Assembly: GCA_038046385.1 (NCBI GenBank)
Contig: JBBSWH010000009.1
Location: 47,039-111,038, forward strand
Origin: Nanobdellota archaeon
GTDB taxonomy: Archaea; Nanobdellota; Nanobdellia; Woesearchaeales; GW2011-AR4
Length of the DNA stretch: 64,000 nt
Direction: 5' to 3'
Below the pieces are notes generated by a model that was not told the origin of the DNA, did not search any database, and saw nothing but the letters and a program-made list of their open reading frames with translations. Position 1 is the first letter of the stretch. Every line of letters begins with the position of its first letter. Shown in pieces: positions 37,171 through 46,653 of this stretch. The position numbers and the translations under genes were made by a program.

Positions 37171-39177
37171 ATGGAAAGAAACGTAAATAAGGCTGTGCCA
37201 AAGATTCTTCTTGTGGGGGTAGGGGCATTTGGGAAAAATCATCTTAAAGTATTGCAAAAATTTGAAAATAACGGAGAAGTTATTATTTTTGGAGCAGTTA
37301 CGTTAACAGAAGAATCCAAAAAGAATATTGAAAAAGAATACGGAATTCCCGTCTACACTCAAGTTTCACCTGAAATTCTTAGGCAAGTTGATGCAGTCGA
37401 TATAGTTACGCCATATCCTACTCATTTTGAAATTGCAAAAAAATGCCTAAATTATGCTGATGTGATTATAGAAAAGCCACTAGCTTCCAATTCAGTTGAT
37501 GCTGAAAATCTGGCCCAAATTGCGGAAAAAAATAATAGAATACTAATGGTTGCCCATATCTACAGATTTCATCCAGTTGTCAAAAAAATCAAGTCCATCA
37601 TTTCAGATTCAAATGATAAGCCTTATATGATAAAAGGGTCATTCATCAATCCTGTTAGCAATGACAGGGGGAGGGAAATTTTATTAGAGCTTTCTCATTA
37701 CTTTGATGTTATTGATTATTTCTTCGAAGATGCTCCCGATATTGTTTGGACTCAGGCTAAAAAAAGGGTAAACATAGTGAGTCTCAGATATCCTAACAAA
37801 ACTGATTGTATATTCAATTTAGGCTGGGAAGATAATAAAAAAATCAGGACGTTAGATTTATATTTTTCAGATAGGACCATTAAATGCAATCTTCATGACA
37901 ATAAGATCCTAGTCATAGGTTCGGATTCTATAAAAGAGATTCCAGTAGAAATGACTAAAGAACCATTGGAGGAAGAATTATCTACTTTTTTAAGGGCGAT
38001 AAGGGAAAGGAATATTGATTATCCTGACGGTAAAATTGGGTCAAGAATAGTAAAAATAGCAGAAAAAGCTAAATTGCTTGTCAATCATAACCGGCCTAAG
38101 GTCGCAATTATAGGGGCAGGATTGTTCGGTACTAATTGTGCTATTGAAATGGATAAATACTGTGATGTGACTATTTTTGAAAGAAATAAAGATATCATGA
38201 TGGAAGCATCTTATGTAAACCAGTATCGTCACCATTGGGGTTATCACTATCCAAGGAGCGTTGAGACAGTAAAAGACATCAGAAAGGCAATTCCAAGTTT
38301 CGAATCTCTTTATAATGACGCAATTGTTAGAAATTTTCCAACTTATTATAGTGTTGCTAAAGAAGGATCCAAAACCTCTTCTAAGGATTATTTGGAATTT
38401 TGCAGAAAAAATGAATTGCCGTTTACTGAGGAATTTCCCGATTCAAAATACCTTAACAGGGACAAAATAGATGCCTGCATAAAGACTTTTGAGCCTATTT
38501 ATGATTTCGATAAGTTGAAGGATATGGTACAGGGGTATTTATCTTCAAGTAAAAATGTGAAAATCAGAGTCAATAGTAATGTAATCGGCGCAAGCATAGA
38601 AAAAAATGGTAAAAAAAAGATAGTCATCAGTTGCAATGACGGTGCCAAAGAAGAATATTTCGATTATATCATTAATACAACATATGGCAATCATAACCAA
38701 CTTTGCTATTGGTTGAATTTTCATATGAAGCCAATCCGCATAGATCTCGTCGAGGCATTGGTTGTTAAATTACCAATACCCAAGATTTCTCTAGCAGTTA
38801 TGGATGGACCATTTACTAATCTTGTTCCCATAAAACACTCAAACACATTTACTTTAGTCCACATCAAAGAATCCATCCATCAGAGATATGTTCCAAAGAA
38901 CGGATTGCCAGACGAAGTTATTAATCCACAGAGCAGGAAAAAGGAAATTATGGAAAAAAGCGAGGAATGGTTCCCCATTCTTAAAGATGCAGAGATTATA
39001 GAGTCTCGCTATGTATTTAGGGCAGTCAATGCTTACAGGGAATTTGATGATGCCAGACCGTCAGACATAACCAATCATGGATTTGGATGCTGGTCCATAT
39101 TAGGTGGAAAGATTGTTAATTGCGTATATATAGCTAAGGAACTCGCTGAAGAGATTTTTTCAAATACTAATGTTTAA
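37171..39177 (+). CDS. Fusion of Gfo/Idh/MocA oxidoreductase and FAD-dependent (DAO-like) oxidoreductase
   Basis: N-half has GVGAFG, IEKP, HIYRFHP and ELSHYFD. C-half has IIGAGLFG, IFER, ASYVNQYRHHWGYHYPRS, MDGPF and GGKI. Confidence 0.82.
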   Translation: MERNVNKAVPKILLVGVGAFGKNHLKVLQKFENNGEVIIFGAVTLTEESKKNIEKEYGIPVYTQVSPEILRQVDAVDIVTPYPTHFEIAKKCLNYADVIIEKPLASNSVDAENLAQIAEKNNRILMVAHIYRFHPVVKKIKSIISDSNDKPYMIKGSFINPVSNDRGREILLELSHYFDVIDYFFEDAPDIVWTQAKKRVNIVSLRYPNKTDCIFNLGWEDNKKIRTLDLYFSDRTIKCNLHDNKILVIGSDSIKEIPVEMTKEPLEEELSTFLRAIRERNIDYPDGKIGSRIVKIAEKAKLLVNHNRPKVAIIGAGLFGTNCAIEMDKYCDVTIFERNKDIMMEASYVNQYRHHWGYHYPRSVETVKDIRKAIPSFESLYNDAIVRNFPTYYSVAKEGSKTSSKDYLEFCRKNELPFTEEFPDSKYLNRDKIDACIKTFEPIYDFDKLKDMVQGYLSSSKNVKIRVNSNVIGASIEKNGKKKIVISCNDGAKEEYFDYIINTTYGNHNQLCYWLNFHMKPIRIDLVEALVVKLPIPKISLAVMDGPFTNLVPIKHSNTFTLVHIKESIHQRYVPKNGLPDEVINPQSRKKEIMEKSEEWFPILKDAEIIESRYVFRAVNAYREFDDARPSDITNHGFGCWSILGGKIVNCVYIAKELAEEIFSNTNV

Positions 39178-39224
39178 GAATAATGTTAATTTATCACGTC
39201 TCCAATAAAAATTAGCGGTTCATA

Positions 39225-40490
39225 ATGGTCAAAAAAAAAATCAAGCTCCTAATCGTCTCGTCTGCCTTTCCTACTAAATTCAATCCTTTGGCAGCACCAT
39301 GGATTATCAATCAGTTAAGAGAACTAAAAAAATATTGTGAGGTGAAAGTGCTGTTTCCCTATCCTTATGCACCAAAAATAAAATTCTTGAACCCGTATTA
39401 TAAATATTCTACAATAAAGCATAAGGATTATGTGGATGGCATAGAAGTTTACTATCCAAAATGTTTTATGTTCCCAAGAATCCTATTTGTACCTAGTTTT
39501 CTAAATTTTTTCTTGAGCCTTGAGGCATTTATTTCATATTTTTCTACCAAAAAAACTGTGGATAATCTAATGGAAGATTGGAACCCTGACATAATAAACT
39601 TACATGGATTGCTTGGAGACGGACTCATAGGGATTAGAATCAAAAACAAGTACAAAAAGCCTGTTCTGTTGACAATACATGGCGAGGATATGACAAAATA
39701 TGCACAAAAAATGTTTTCCAAAATGTTAAGCAAATACACTCTTAGTAATGTTGATGCTATAAACAGCCAGAGCAATTTCTTAAAAAATATTGCTAAAAAA
39801 TTAGATATAGGGGACAAAAAAATCTATCTGATACCTATGGGGGCCGATATAGCAAAATTCAGGCCAAGGAACACTTCAAAATCAAGAAAAATTTTGGGCC
39901 TGCCCCAAAATAAAAAAATAATTCTTTTTATCGGTCACTTAATTATAAGAAAATCACCAGAGTACCTCATTAAGGCAATGAGCCACGTTATCAAGGATAG
40001 GGATGATGTCTTATGCTGCTTGATAGGGGAAGGTACAATGAAAAACGATTTGATAAAATTAGTATCTCAGTTGAGGATTGAGCCATGGATAAGGTTTTTA
40101 GGGCAAATGCCTAACAAGGAAGTTGCTATCTATTTAGATGCATGCGACATTCTGGTTTTACCTAGCTTAAATGAAGGACTCCCGGTTGTCCTGTGCGAGG
40201 CTCTGGCTTGCGGAAAACCTGTTGTTGCTTCTAATGTTGCAGCTATCCCCGAGTTAATCAATAAAGATGTGGGATACCTGTCAATGCCCAAGAATGATGT
40301 AGACCTAGCAAAAAAGATAAATTTGGCATTGAACAAGAAATGGGATAAAAACAAGATAATAAAAAGAAGTAAAAGAGTCAGTGTCCCAAATTCTGCAAAA
40401 AAATTAGTGAAAGCTTATGAATATATGATCAAAAAAAATAAAATTAAACATTTAGGTATCCCTGTTGATGCTATAAATAAAAAAGAATAA
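39225..40490 (+). CDS. Glycosyltransferase family 4 (TuaC-like)
   Basis: Motifs TIHGED, FIGHLIIRK and PSLNEGLPVVLCEALACG. Confidence 0.9.
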   Translation: MVKKKIKLLIVSSAFPTKFNPLAAPWIINQLRELKKYCEVKVLFPYPYAPKIKFLNPYYKYSTIKHKDYVDGIEVYYPKCFMFPRILFVPSFLNFFLSLEAFISYFSTKKTVDNLMEDWNPDIINLHGLLGDGLIGIRIKNKYKKPVLLTIHGEDMTKYAQKMFSKMLSKYTLSNVDAINSQSNFLKNIAKKLDIGDKKIYLIPMGADIAKFRPRNTSKSRKILGLPQNKKIILFIGHLIIRKSPEYLIKAMSHVIKDRDDVLCCLIGEGTMKNDLIKLVSQLRIEPWIRFLGQMPNKEVAIYLDACDILVLPSLNEGLPVVLCEALACGKPVVASNVAAIPELINKDVGYLSMPKNDVDLAKKINLALNKKWDKNKIIKRSKRVSVPNSAKKLVKAYEYMIKKNKIKHLGIPVDAINKKE

Positions 40491-40714
40491 TCTATATATA
40501 TCATCCTAACATATTCCATGAGATTTCACGCCCGATACCCGCGAACCAAGAATAGCAAATACCAATTCACATCTTTTTTTGAATACGCAATAACCTCAAT
40601 CTTTCTAATATTTTGAATTATAGCAAATCACACTAATATTCGTATGTTTTATTGTGGTTTGCTTATTAGGAAATAACGAATATATCCGAAAATTAAAGTC
40701 ATTTCCTATAAGTA

Positions 40715-42526
40715 TCAAACTTTGAGTATTACTGCCCCATTATTCTGGAACACTGGCCTGTACAAGCCTGACTCGCCAAACCCTTTTAGCTTGCTGTTTG
40801 TTTCTTCCGCGCCAAAATATTTCATGGTTTGCCCGTCTATTATAATATATTCATAAGAATGCGATTTCAGCCAATCGTGTGTCTGTTGCGCACTCTGGTT
40901 AAATCCGGTTTTCATATAACTCCGTATATCCTGGCACCAATGGCAGTTGTACATGTCCATGCCTATGATAGGGCCGTCGTTCCAGTATGTAAAAACCTGC
41001 GAGTTTTTCGGAAGATTCTGATACATCCATATGTACGCACCTACCTCCTCTCCTGAAGTCCAGAAAGCGCCAGGAGGCCACTGTGCTGTGTTAACTGCAA
41101 TCTTCTGCTGGCCCGATGTAAAATACACGCCAACAATAATCAAAATTAATAAAATATATTTTCCAGCATTTCCAGATATTTTTTTTGCAATGCCCATGAT
41201 GCCTGAAGCGCCTTCTGCTGCCAGCATGCAGACAGGAATAGCAAGCAGCATCCAGGCCCTGAAAGGCGAGATTTTTATTGGAAGCTTTGTTGCATTGACA
41301 GCATAAAAGGTAAGTATAAACCATGCAAGAACAACAGCAAGCCAGTATTTTTCATCCCCTTTGGCTGACAGCTTTAAAAACAGGAAAACAAGGCCAATTA
41401 TCGTTAGAATTGACAAAACAAACCCTATTCCCACAGGGTTATTTATCATATTTTGGCTCTGGGCAAAAAGAAAATCTCTGACAGTATAAACCCTGTCGCC
41501 GGTTCCGCCCACGCTAAATGCCCCGGTCCCTGCGCTCACAAGGATTCCAAGCCCCTTTAAAGTTCCGAAAAACCCATGCTGCTTTATCATTGGCAGCCAC
41601 CAAAATGCAAATGAAACAGCAACTCCCATGATTCCGGCCAGCCACTCATAAAGGGCAAGTTTTCTCTGGGATATCATTTTCGCAGCAATGTAAAACACAA
41701 AAAATAATCCAAAGTAAGTGCTGTGGGTGGGAGTTGCAGTGAACGGAGTTGCCATAACCAATCCGGCTATTATCCACCATTTTTTGTCGTGCTTGATTCT
41801 TTCAAGAGCATAAAAGGCAACAAAATACAGCGGAACTGCAATGGAAATTGCCCATATGAAATGCGACATGAATGCGGGTATTGAAACAAGCGCAAATGCA
41901 GCAAACAATGCCTTGTCTTTGCTCCCTGAAATTTCTTTTACAAAAAAGTAGAAGAAAATTGTGCTAAGCGATATAATCAGGGCATTGAAGAATTTGATAG
42001 TCCAGTAAACAGAGTCGTTTGTCTGGTGCAGAATGCCAAGCAATATATCATAAGTTGGAGGGTATGGGTTTATGTAACTGACATAATCGGTTTCTTTGTC
42101 AAAGACATTAAGATTCATTGAAACATACTTGACTCCGAATGCGTGGGCCCACGAATCGTCGTCTTCAAGGTAAGGGTAGCTGAAGGCGCCGGACATATAA
42201 ACATACAAATTCACTGCAAATAAAAGAAGCATTGCAAAAATGTAAAGGTCACTTTTGGTCAATTTAACTGAAAAACTGAAATTTTTATAATTCTTTATAA
42301 GATAATAGGCAGGATAGGCTGCGCTCAGCAAAAAAATTATTCTCCAGTCTGCAGGTATTCTTATTATATTGAGGATAATCCCAAGAAATGGCATGAAAGA
42401 AAGCCCGAAACCGAGCCTCATTAGGTTCCTTTCCAGAAAATTGTCTGAATTTTTTGCAAATGCTGACAACGTAAAACCTAGCAAAAATGTGCAGGCAAAG
42501 AACAATGCTATTGTTAAAAGATACAT
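40715..42526 (-). CDS. GT-C-fold multi-pass membrane glycosyltransferase-like protein
   Basis: N-terminal TMs, acidic loop YLEDDDSWAH, PYPP, many further TMs and a soluble C-terminal domain. Confidence 0.65.
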   Translation of the reverse strand: MYLLTIALFFACTFLLGFTLSAFAKNSDNFLERNLMRLGFGLSFMPFLGIILNIIRIPADWRIIFLLSAAYPAYYLIKNYKNFSFSVKLTKSDLYIFAMLLLFAVNLYVYMSGAFSYPYLEDDDSWAHAFGVKYVSMNLNVFDKETDYVSYINPYPPTYDILLGILHQTNDSVYWTIKFFNALIISLSTIFFYFFVKEISGSKDKALFAAFALVSIPAFMSHFIWAISIAVPLYFVAFYALERIKHDKKWWIIAGLVMATPFTATPTHSTYFGLFFVFYIAAKMISQRKLALYEWLAGIMGVAVSFAFWWLPMIKQHGFFGTLKGLGILVSAGTGAFSVGGTGDRVYTVRDFLFAQSQNMINNPVGIGFVLSILTIIGLVFLFLKLSAKGDEKYWLAVVLAWFILTFYAVNATKLPIKISPFRAWMLLAIPVCMLAAEGASGIMGIAKKISGNAGKYILLILIIVGVYFTSGQQKIAVNTAQWPPGAFWTSGEEVGAYIWMYQNLPKNSQVFTYWNDGPIIGMDMYNCHWCQDIRSYMKTGFNQSAQQTHDWLKSHSYEYIIIDGQTMKYFGAEETNSKLKGFGESGLYRPVFQNNGAVILKV

Positions 42527-42549
42527 TGGATTAGGTGTAAATTATCGCT

Positions 42550-42578
42550 TATTTAAATATTACCAATAATTTTTTAAA
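42550..42578. promoter_or_regulatory. Back-to-back TATA boxes of a divergent promoter
   Basis: TTTAAATA on the minus strand (42550-42557) is 23 nt before ATG 42526. TTTTTAAA (42571-42578) is 22 nt before ATG 42601. Confidence 0.55.
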
Positions 42579-42600
42579 TGTACGTTAAATTAGCAGTAGA

Positions 42601-43296
42601 ATGAAAAAACTCTCTGTTATAATTCCGGCTTATAATGAGGCAGGAACAATAGCCGATGTAATCAGGAAGGTAAAGAACGCAAAACTGGAAAATATATCCA
42701 AGGAGATAATAATAGTTGATGATGCATCTACAGACGGCACGGAAAAAATACTGGCAAAAATAAAAGACCCTTCAATAAAAATAATCAGGCATAAGAATAA
42801 CTTGGGGAAAGGAGCTGCAATAAGGACAGCATTAAAGCATGTCACCGGAGATATGGTTATTGTGCAGGATGCAGACCTTGAATACAACCCGAATGAATAT
42901 CAGTCCCTACTGCAGCCGATAATTGAAAAAAAAGCCAAAGTTGTTTACGGCTCAAGGCTGCTTGGCAAAAAAAAATCAAGATACTCAAAATGGGCTTACT
43001 ACATTGCAGGACGGTCGCTGACATTCATAACAAACACGCTTTATGGAACAAAAATAACTGACGAGCCCTGCGGCTACAAGGTTTTTGACACCAAAACAAT
43101 AAAAAGCATCAAGCTTGAGTGCAACAGGTTTGAATTTTGCCCTGAAATAACGGCAAAAATAGCAAAAAATAAGATACCTATTTATGAAGTGCCTGCATCA
43201 TACAATCCAAGATCAAGGGAAGAAGGAAAGAAAATAAGGTTCAGGGACTGGCTAGAAGCAGTCTATACACTGATAAAATACAGGTTTTTTGACTGA
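42601..43296 (+). CDS. Glycosyltransferase family 2 (DPM1/polyprenol-phosphate glycosyltransferase-like)
   Basis: Motifs IIPAYNE, VDDASTDGT, GKGAA, QDADLEY and VVYGSR. Confidence 0.92.
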   Translation: MKKLSVIIPAYNEAGTIADVIRKVKNAKLENISKEIIIVDDASTDGTEKILAKIKDPSIKIIRHKNNLGKGAAIRTALKHVTGDMVIVQDADLEYNPNEYQSLLQPIIEKKAKVVYGSRLLGKKKSRYSKWAYYIAGRSLTFITNTLYGTKITDEPCGYKVFDTKTIKSIKLECNRFEFCPEITAKIAKNKIPIYEVPASYNPRSREEGKKIRFRDWLEAVYTLIKYRFFD

Positions 43297-43325
43297 GCAT
43301 ACGCTTAACAAAAAAGTTCCTAAAA

Positions 43326-44789
43326 ATGAAATCCGGATTTTACTCAAGAGCGGCAGTTGCTGTGATAATTTTAGGAATACTTCTGAGGGCAATGCTTTTA
43401 TTCACCCATACAATTTCCGGAGATGCCTGCTGGCATCATACCGCATCAAAATTCATAGCGGAAGAAGGAAAATTTCCCTTATATGAGCAGGTCGGAAGAG
43501 ATGAACCGTTCTGGCCGCCGCCGCTTTTCCATATAATTGCAGCATTTTTCTATTCCTTATTTGGAGAACCCGGACTCAAGATAGCCCCATTCCTTTTTGG
43601 AAGCCTTGCGCTGATTTTCTCGTACAAGCTTTTGCGCAAGATGATGGGGGAGAGGGCATCATTTTATGCAATATTGTTCATGGCATTCATACCAATATCA
43701 GTTGATTACAGCGTTCTTGGGTATGTTGACTCAATAATCCCATTTTTTACAATCGCAGCAATCTATTTTGCCATCGACAAAAGATTTGTGCTGAGCGGAG
43801 TGATGGCTGGCCTTGGAATACTGGCAAAATACAACGCGGTCTTCCTTATTCCGGTTTTGATGTACATAGCCTGGATAAAAAGCAGCAAAGATTCACGCTG
43901 GAAGAATATTATATTAGTTACATCAATTCCAATAATCATAAGCCTGCCCTGGTTTATCAGGAACTGGATTTTGCTTCATAATCCTATATGGCCTTTCCTT
44001 AATTTTGTGTTCCACGGATACGAAGCTTTTCCAAGAGGCGCTTATTCAGGGATAAGCCTTGTCAACCTCTCTTCCATTTACACATATATCATGATTTATC
44101 TTGGCTTTTTTGGCGTGCCTGACGGAGCTTATTGGCTTTTGTTCTTTTACAATACTCCATACATATGGTTTCTGATATCGCTGTTTCTTGCAGGAACTCT
44201 TATTTTTGTCGTTCCGCTTTTCTTCGGATTCGGCAAGAACAGGCATAGGAAAATATTTTATGTGCTTATTGCATCATTTATGGTTTTGTTTTTCCTTTTT
44301 GAGCTAAACGTTAGGCCGGCTGTATCAAGAATAATGCTTCCGGCACTTATCGGGGCAGCATTTATTTACGGAAACGGAATGGAAAGGATACTAAAAAAAT
44401 ACTCAAAATATTCAAAAATAATAAATCTGATTATAATTGTTGCAGTTGCAGGATTCATTTTTGCGGAGTCTGTGAAATTCACATCAGCCACAAAAAGCTG
44501 GAACCTTTACAAAGATGATTTTGAATGGGTAAAATCCAACACCAGCAAGGACGCAGTCTTCCTGATGGGGAGCCAATGCATTCCTTTGCGCATAGACAGG
44601 AAATCGGTTTTTCCCTCTTTAAGCATAGATTCAAATGATTATGATTATGTGTGGGTAAACCAGGAATTCAAACTGGAGCCGCAGTCCGTATTGCCTGATG
44701 CATACATAACAAGGATTGAAAACAAAAATCCCCAGACGGTTTACAGCAACAACAGGACAAAAACCAGCATTTTCAAAGTGCAGAAATAA
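43326..44789 (+). CDS. GT-C (ArnT/PMT_2, GT39-like) membrane glycosyltransferase
   Basis: Motifs GDACWH, PPPLF, AKY and PWFIRNW...NP across multiple TMs. Confidence 0.8.
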   Translation: MKSGFYSRAAVAVIILGILLRAMLLFTHTISGDACWHHTASKFIAEEGKFPLYEQVGRDEPFWPPPLFHIIAAFFYSLFGEPGLKIAPFLFGSLALIFSYKLLRKMMGERASFYAILFMAFIPISVDYSVLGYVDSIIPFFTIAAIYFAIDKRFVLSGVMAGLGILAKYNAVFLIPVLMYIAWIKSSKDSRWKNIILVTSIPIIISLPWFIRNWILLHNPIWPFLNFVFHGYEAFPRGAYSGISLVNLSSIYTYIMIYLGFFGVPDGAYWLLFFYNTPYIWFLISLFLAGTLIFVVPLFFGFGKNRHRKIFYVLIASFMVLFFLFELNVRPAVSRIMLPALIGAAFIYGNGMERILKKYSKYSKIINLIIIVAVAGFIFAESVKFTSATKSWNLYKDDFEWVKSNTSKDAVFLMGSQCIPLRIDRKSVFPSLSIDSNDYDYVWVNQEFKLEPQSVLPDAYITRIENKNPQTVYSNNRTKTSIFKVQK

Positions 44790-44816
44790 CTCGCTGTATA
44801 TAAAATCAAAAATAAT

Positions 44817-45866
44817 TTATTTTACAGATTCTGACATTAATTTAATGTCATAATCGACCATAAGATTGACTAGATCGCTGAAAGTGGTCTTTGGTTTCCA
44901 TCCGAGCTTTTTCTTTGCATAAGATGAATCTCCAAGAAGCTCTTCAACTTCAGTAGGCCTGAAATAAACCGGATCAATTTTCACTATTGTTTTTTTTGTT
45001 TTTTGGTCAATTCCTATCTCATTAATCCCCTTTCCTTCCCATACTATGTTAATGCCAACTCTTGCAAATGCCTTTTCTACAAATTCCCTTACTGTGTGGT
45101 TTTAGCCTGTTGCTATAACAAAATCTTCCGGCTCTTTTTGCTGCAGCATAAGCCACATTGCTTCTACATATTCCTTTGCATAACCCCAGTCCCTTTTTGC
45201 ATCAAGGTTTCCGAGGACAAGCTGGTTATCCAGCCCGAGCTTGATTTTAGCAACCTGCTGCGTCACTTTCTTCGACACAAAATTTTCCCCCCTTCTTTCA
45301 GATTCGTGGTTGAAAAGTATGCCGTTGCAGCAGAACATTTTGTAAGCTTCCCTGAAGTTGATGGTTATCCAATGAGAATACAGCTTGGCTATTCCGTAAG
45401 GGCTTCTTGGATAAAAAGGCGTTTTTTCAGTCTGGGGGACTTCAAGAACCTTGCCATAAAGCTCGCTTGTGGATGCATTGTAAAACCTTACCTTATCCAC
45501 CATGTTAAGATTTTTTATTGACTCAAGAATCCTTAAAGTTCCCAGTGCATCTGAATTTGCCGTATATTCAGGTATCTCAAAAGAAATCTTTACGTGGCTT
45601 TGCGCTGCAAGGTGGTAAACTTCAGTTGGCATTACATCCTTAAGAATCTTTATTATGGAGCTTGAGTCGGTCATGTCCCCGTAATGCAGCGTTAATTTGC
45701 CCCTTTCTTCATGGTCATAGTCATAGATGCTCTTCAGCCTTTCCCTGTTGAATGAGCTTGAGCGCCTTGCTATCCCATGGACTTCGTAGCCTTTCTTAAG
45801 CAAGAATTCAGCGAGAAAAGACCCGTCCTGCCCAGTAATTCCGGTAATCAAAGCAACTTTCTTCAT
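44817..45866 (-). pseudogene. gmd: GDP-mannose 4,6-dehydratase interrupted by an in-frame TAA at 45102-45104
   Basis: Reads [39 protein letters not shown]-stop-NHTVREFVEKAF...YFRPTEVE.LLGD...LGWKP. The frame continues to TAA at 44817-44819, giving a full-length 350 codons. Confidence 0.9.
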
Positions 45867-45887
45867 AATTTTACAGAAAAGGAACTG

Positions 45888-45897
45888 TATTTAAATA
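45888..45897 (-). promoter_or_regulatory. TATA box of gmd
   Basis: TATTTAAATA lies 21 nt upstream of ATG 45866. Confidence 0.5.
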
Positions 45898-45997
45898 TTT
45901 TCTATTTTAGGTGTTATTGAAAAGTTCGCAGCTTTGAGCTTTGGGTTGCCATCGCTCAGCTTGGGATTTATTGTTAAATTGCATTTTTCTCTCTGGA

Positions 45998-46046
45998 ATG
46001 TCAAAAATCAATGATTTTTGAGCATACGCAAATCCTAGGGATTTGC
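45998..46046. repeat. Twin-hairpin palindromic unit, copy 1
   Basis: ATG-TCAAAAATC-AAT-GATTTTTGA-GCATAC-GCAAATCC-TAG-GGATTTGC. Confidence 0.75.
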
Positions 46047-46090
46047 TTTACTCCGAAAAATGCCTAATTCACTATTTTGATAAGCTTCGC

Positions 46091-46142
46091 ATGTCGAGAA
46101 ATGCTTTGCATTTTCGATCACCCCGAAAATCTTTGATTTTCG
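46091..46142. repeat. Twin-hairpin palindromic unit, copy 2
   Basis: ATG-TCGAGAAATGC-TTT-GCATTTTCGA-TCACCC-CGAAAATC-TTT-GATTTTCG. Confidence 0.7.
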
Positions 46143-46242
46143 TTGTATTGATGGCAACCTTCAACTTTTCAATAACGCCCTATTTTGCATATTATGCTTT
46201 AAGGAAACTTTATATACTAAGATTTACGCTTGTCAGCATACG

Positions 46243-46653
46243 ATGGGGAAGAATAAAACAGAGAAGATAAATTCAAAAAACGGGCTTCTGGCTATAATAA
46301 TAAGAAAAGGGTATGGCACAGAAGGAGTTAACTTTGTTTCTCCTGACAATTTTCCGCTGCAGCTTGGCATGCATCTAAGGAAGAAAGGCGATTTCATCAA
46401 GCCGCACAAGCACGTGCCGTTTGATAAGCTGCTGAATATTCCTGTGCAGGAATTTATATATGTGGAATCCGGCAGGGTGCAGATAAACATATTTGAAGGA
46501 AACAAAAAAATAAAGAAAGTTTCATTGTCAGGCGGGGATATGATACTTCTCAACTGTGCGCATGATTTAAAGTGCGTTGAAAAAACCAAGATGATAGAAA
46601 TAAAGCAGGGCCCCTACAGGGGAAAACAAGAGGAGAAAAGATTTCTAAAATGA
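46243..46653 (+). CDS. Cupin-fold protein (WbuC-like, polysaccharide-locus associated)
   Basis: Motifs PHKH...QE, H and EIKQGPY. TTTATATA lies 26 nt upstream. Confidence 0.75.
   Translation: MGKNKTEKINSKNGLLAIIIRKGYGTEGVNFVSPDNFPLQLGMHLRKKGDFIKPHKHVPFDKLLNIPVQEFIYVESGRVQINIFEGNKKIKKVSLSGGDMILLNCAHDLKCVEKTKMIEIKQGPYRGKQEEKRFLK

Larger units (their letters stand above)
45910..46179. mobile_element. Non-autonomous MITE (270 bp) with IS6-like terminal inverted repeats
   Basis: TIRs are GGTGTTATTGAAAAGTT (45910-45926) and AACTTTTCAATAACGCC (46163-46179), 16/17 complementary. A subterminal IR GGTTGCCATC/GATGGCAACC lies at 45944-45953/46150-46159. The flanks are CTATTTTA (45902-45909) and CTATTTTG (46180-46187). 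No transposase is encoded. Confidence 0.75.

Noticed and set aside
40622-40663. Imperfect inverted repeat AGCAAATCACA...TGTGGTTTGCT between convergent genes
   Set aside because: It is short with a mismatch and a long loop. It could be a terminator but is not supportable.
45102-45104. Stop-codon reassignment or programmed readthrough in gmd
   Set aside because: TAA, TAG and TGA all terminate other genes normally, and this is the only interrupted gene seen.
45003-45521. 172-aa plus-strand ORF
   Set aside because: It is an antisense shadow of gmd.
45998-46142. Hairpin units as a mini CRISPR array or tRNA
   Set aside because: The units are not identical repeats with unique regular spacers, there are no cas genes, and no cloverleaf or T-loop is present.
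46043-46270. 75-aa ORF starting inside the MITE as a possible transposase remnant
   Set aside because: It has a TTG start, no DDE or HTH features, and runs through hairpin repeats into the cupin gene.
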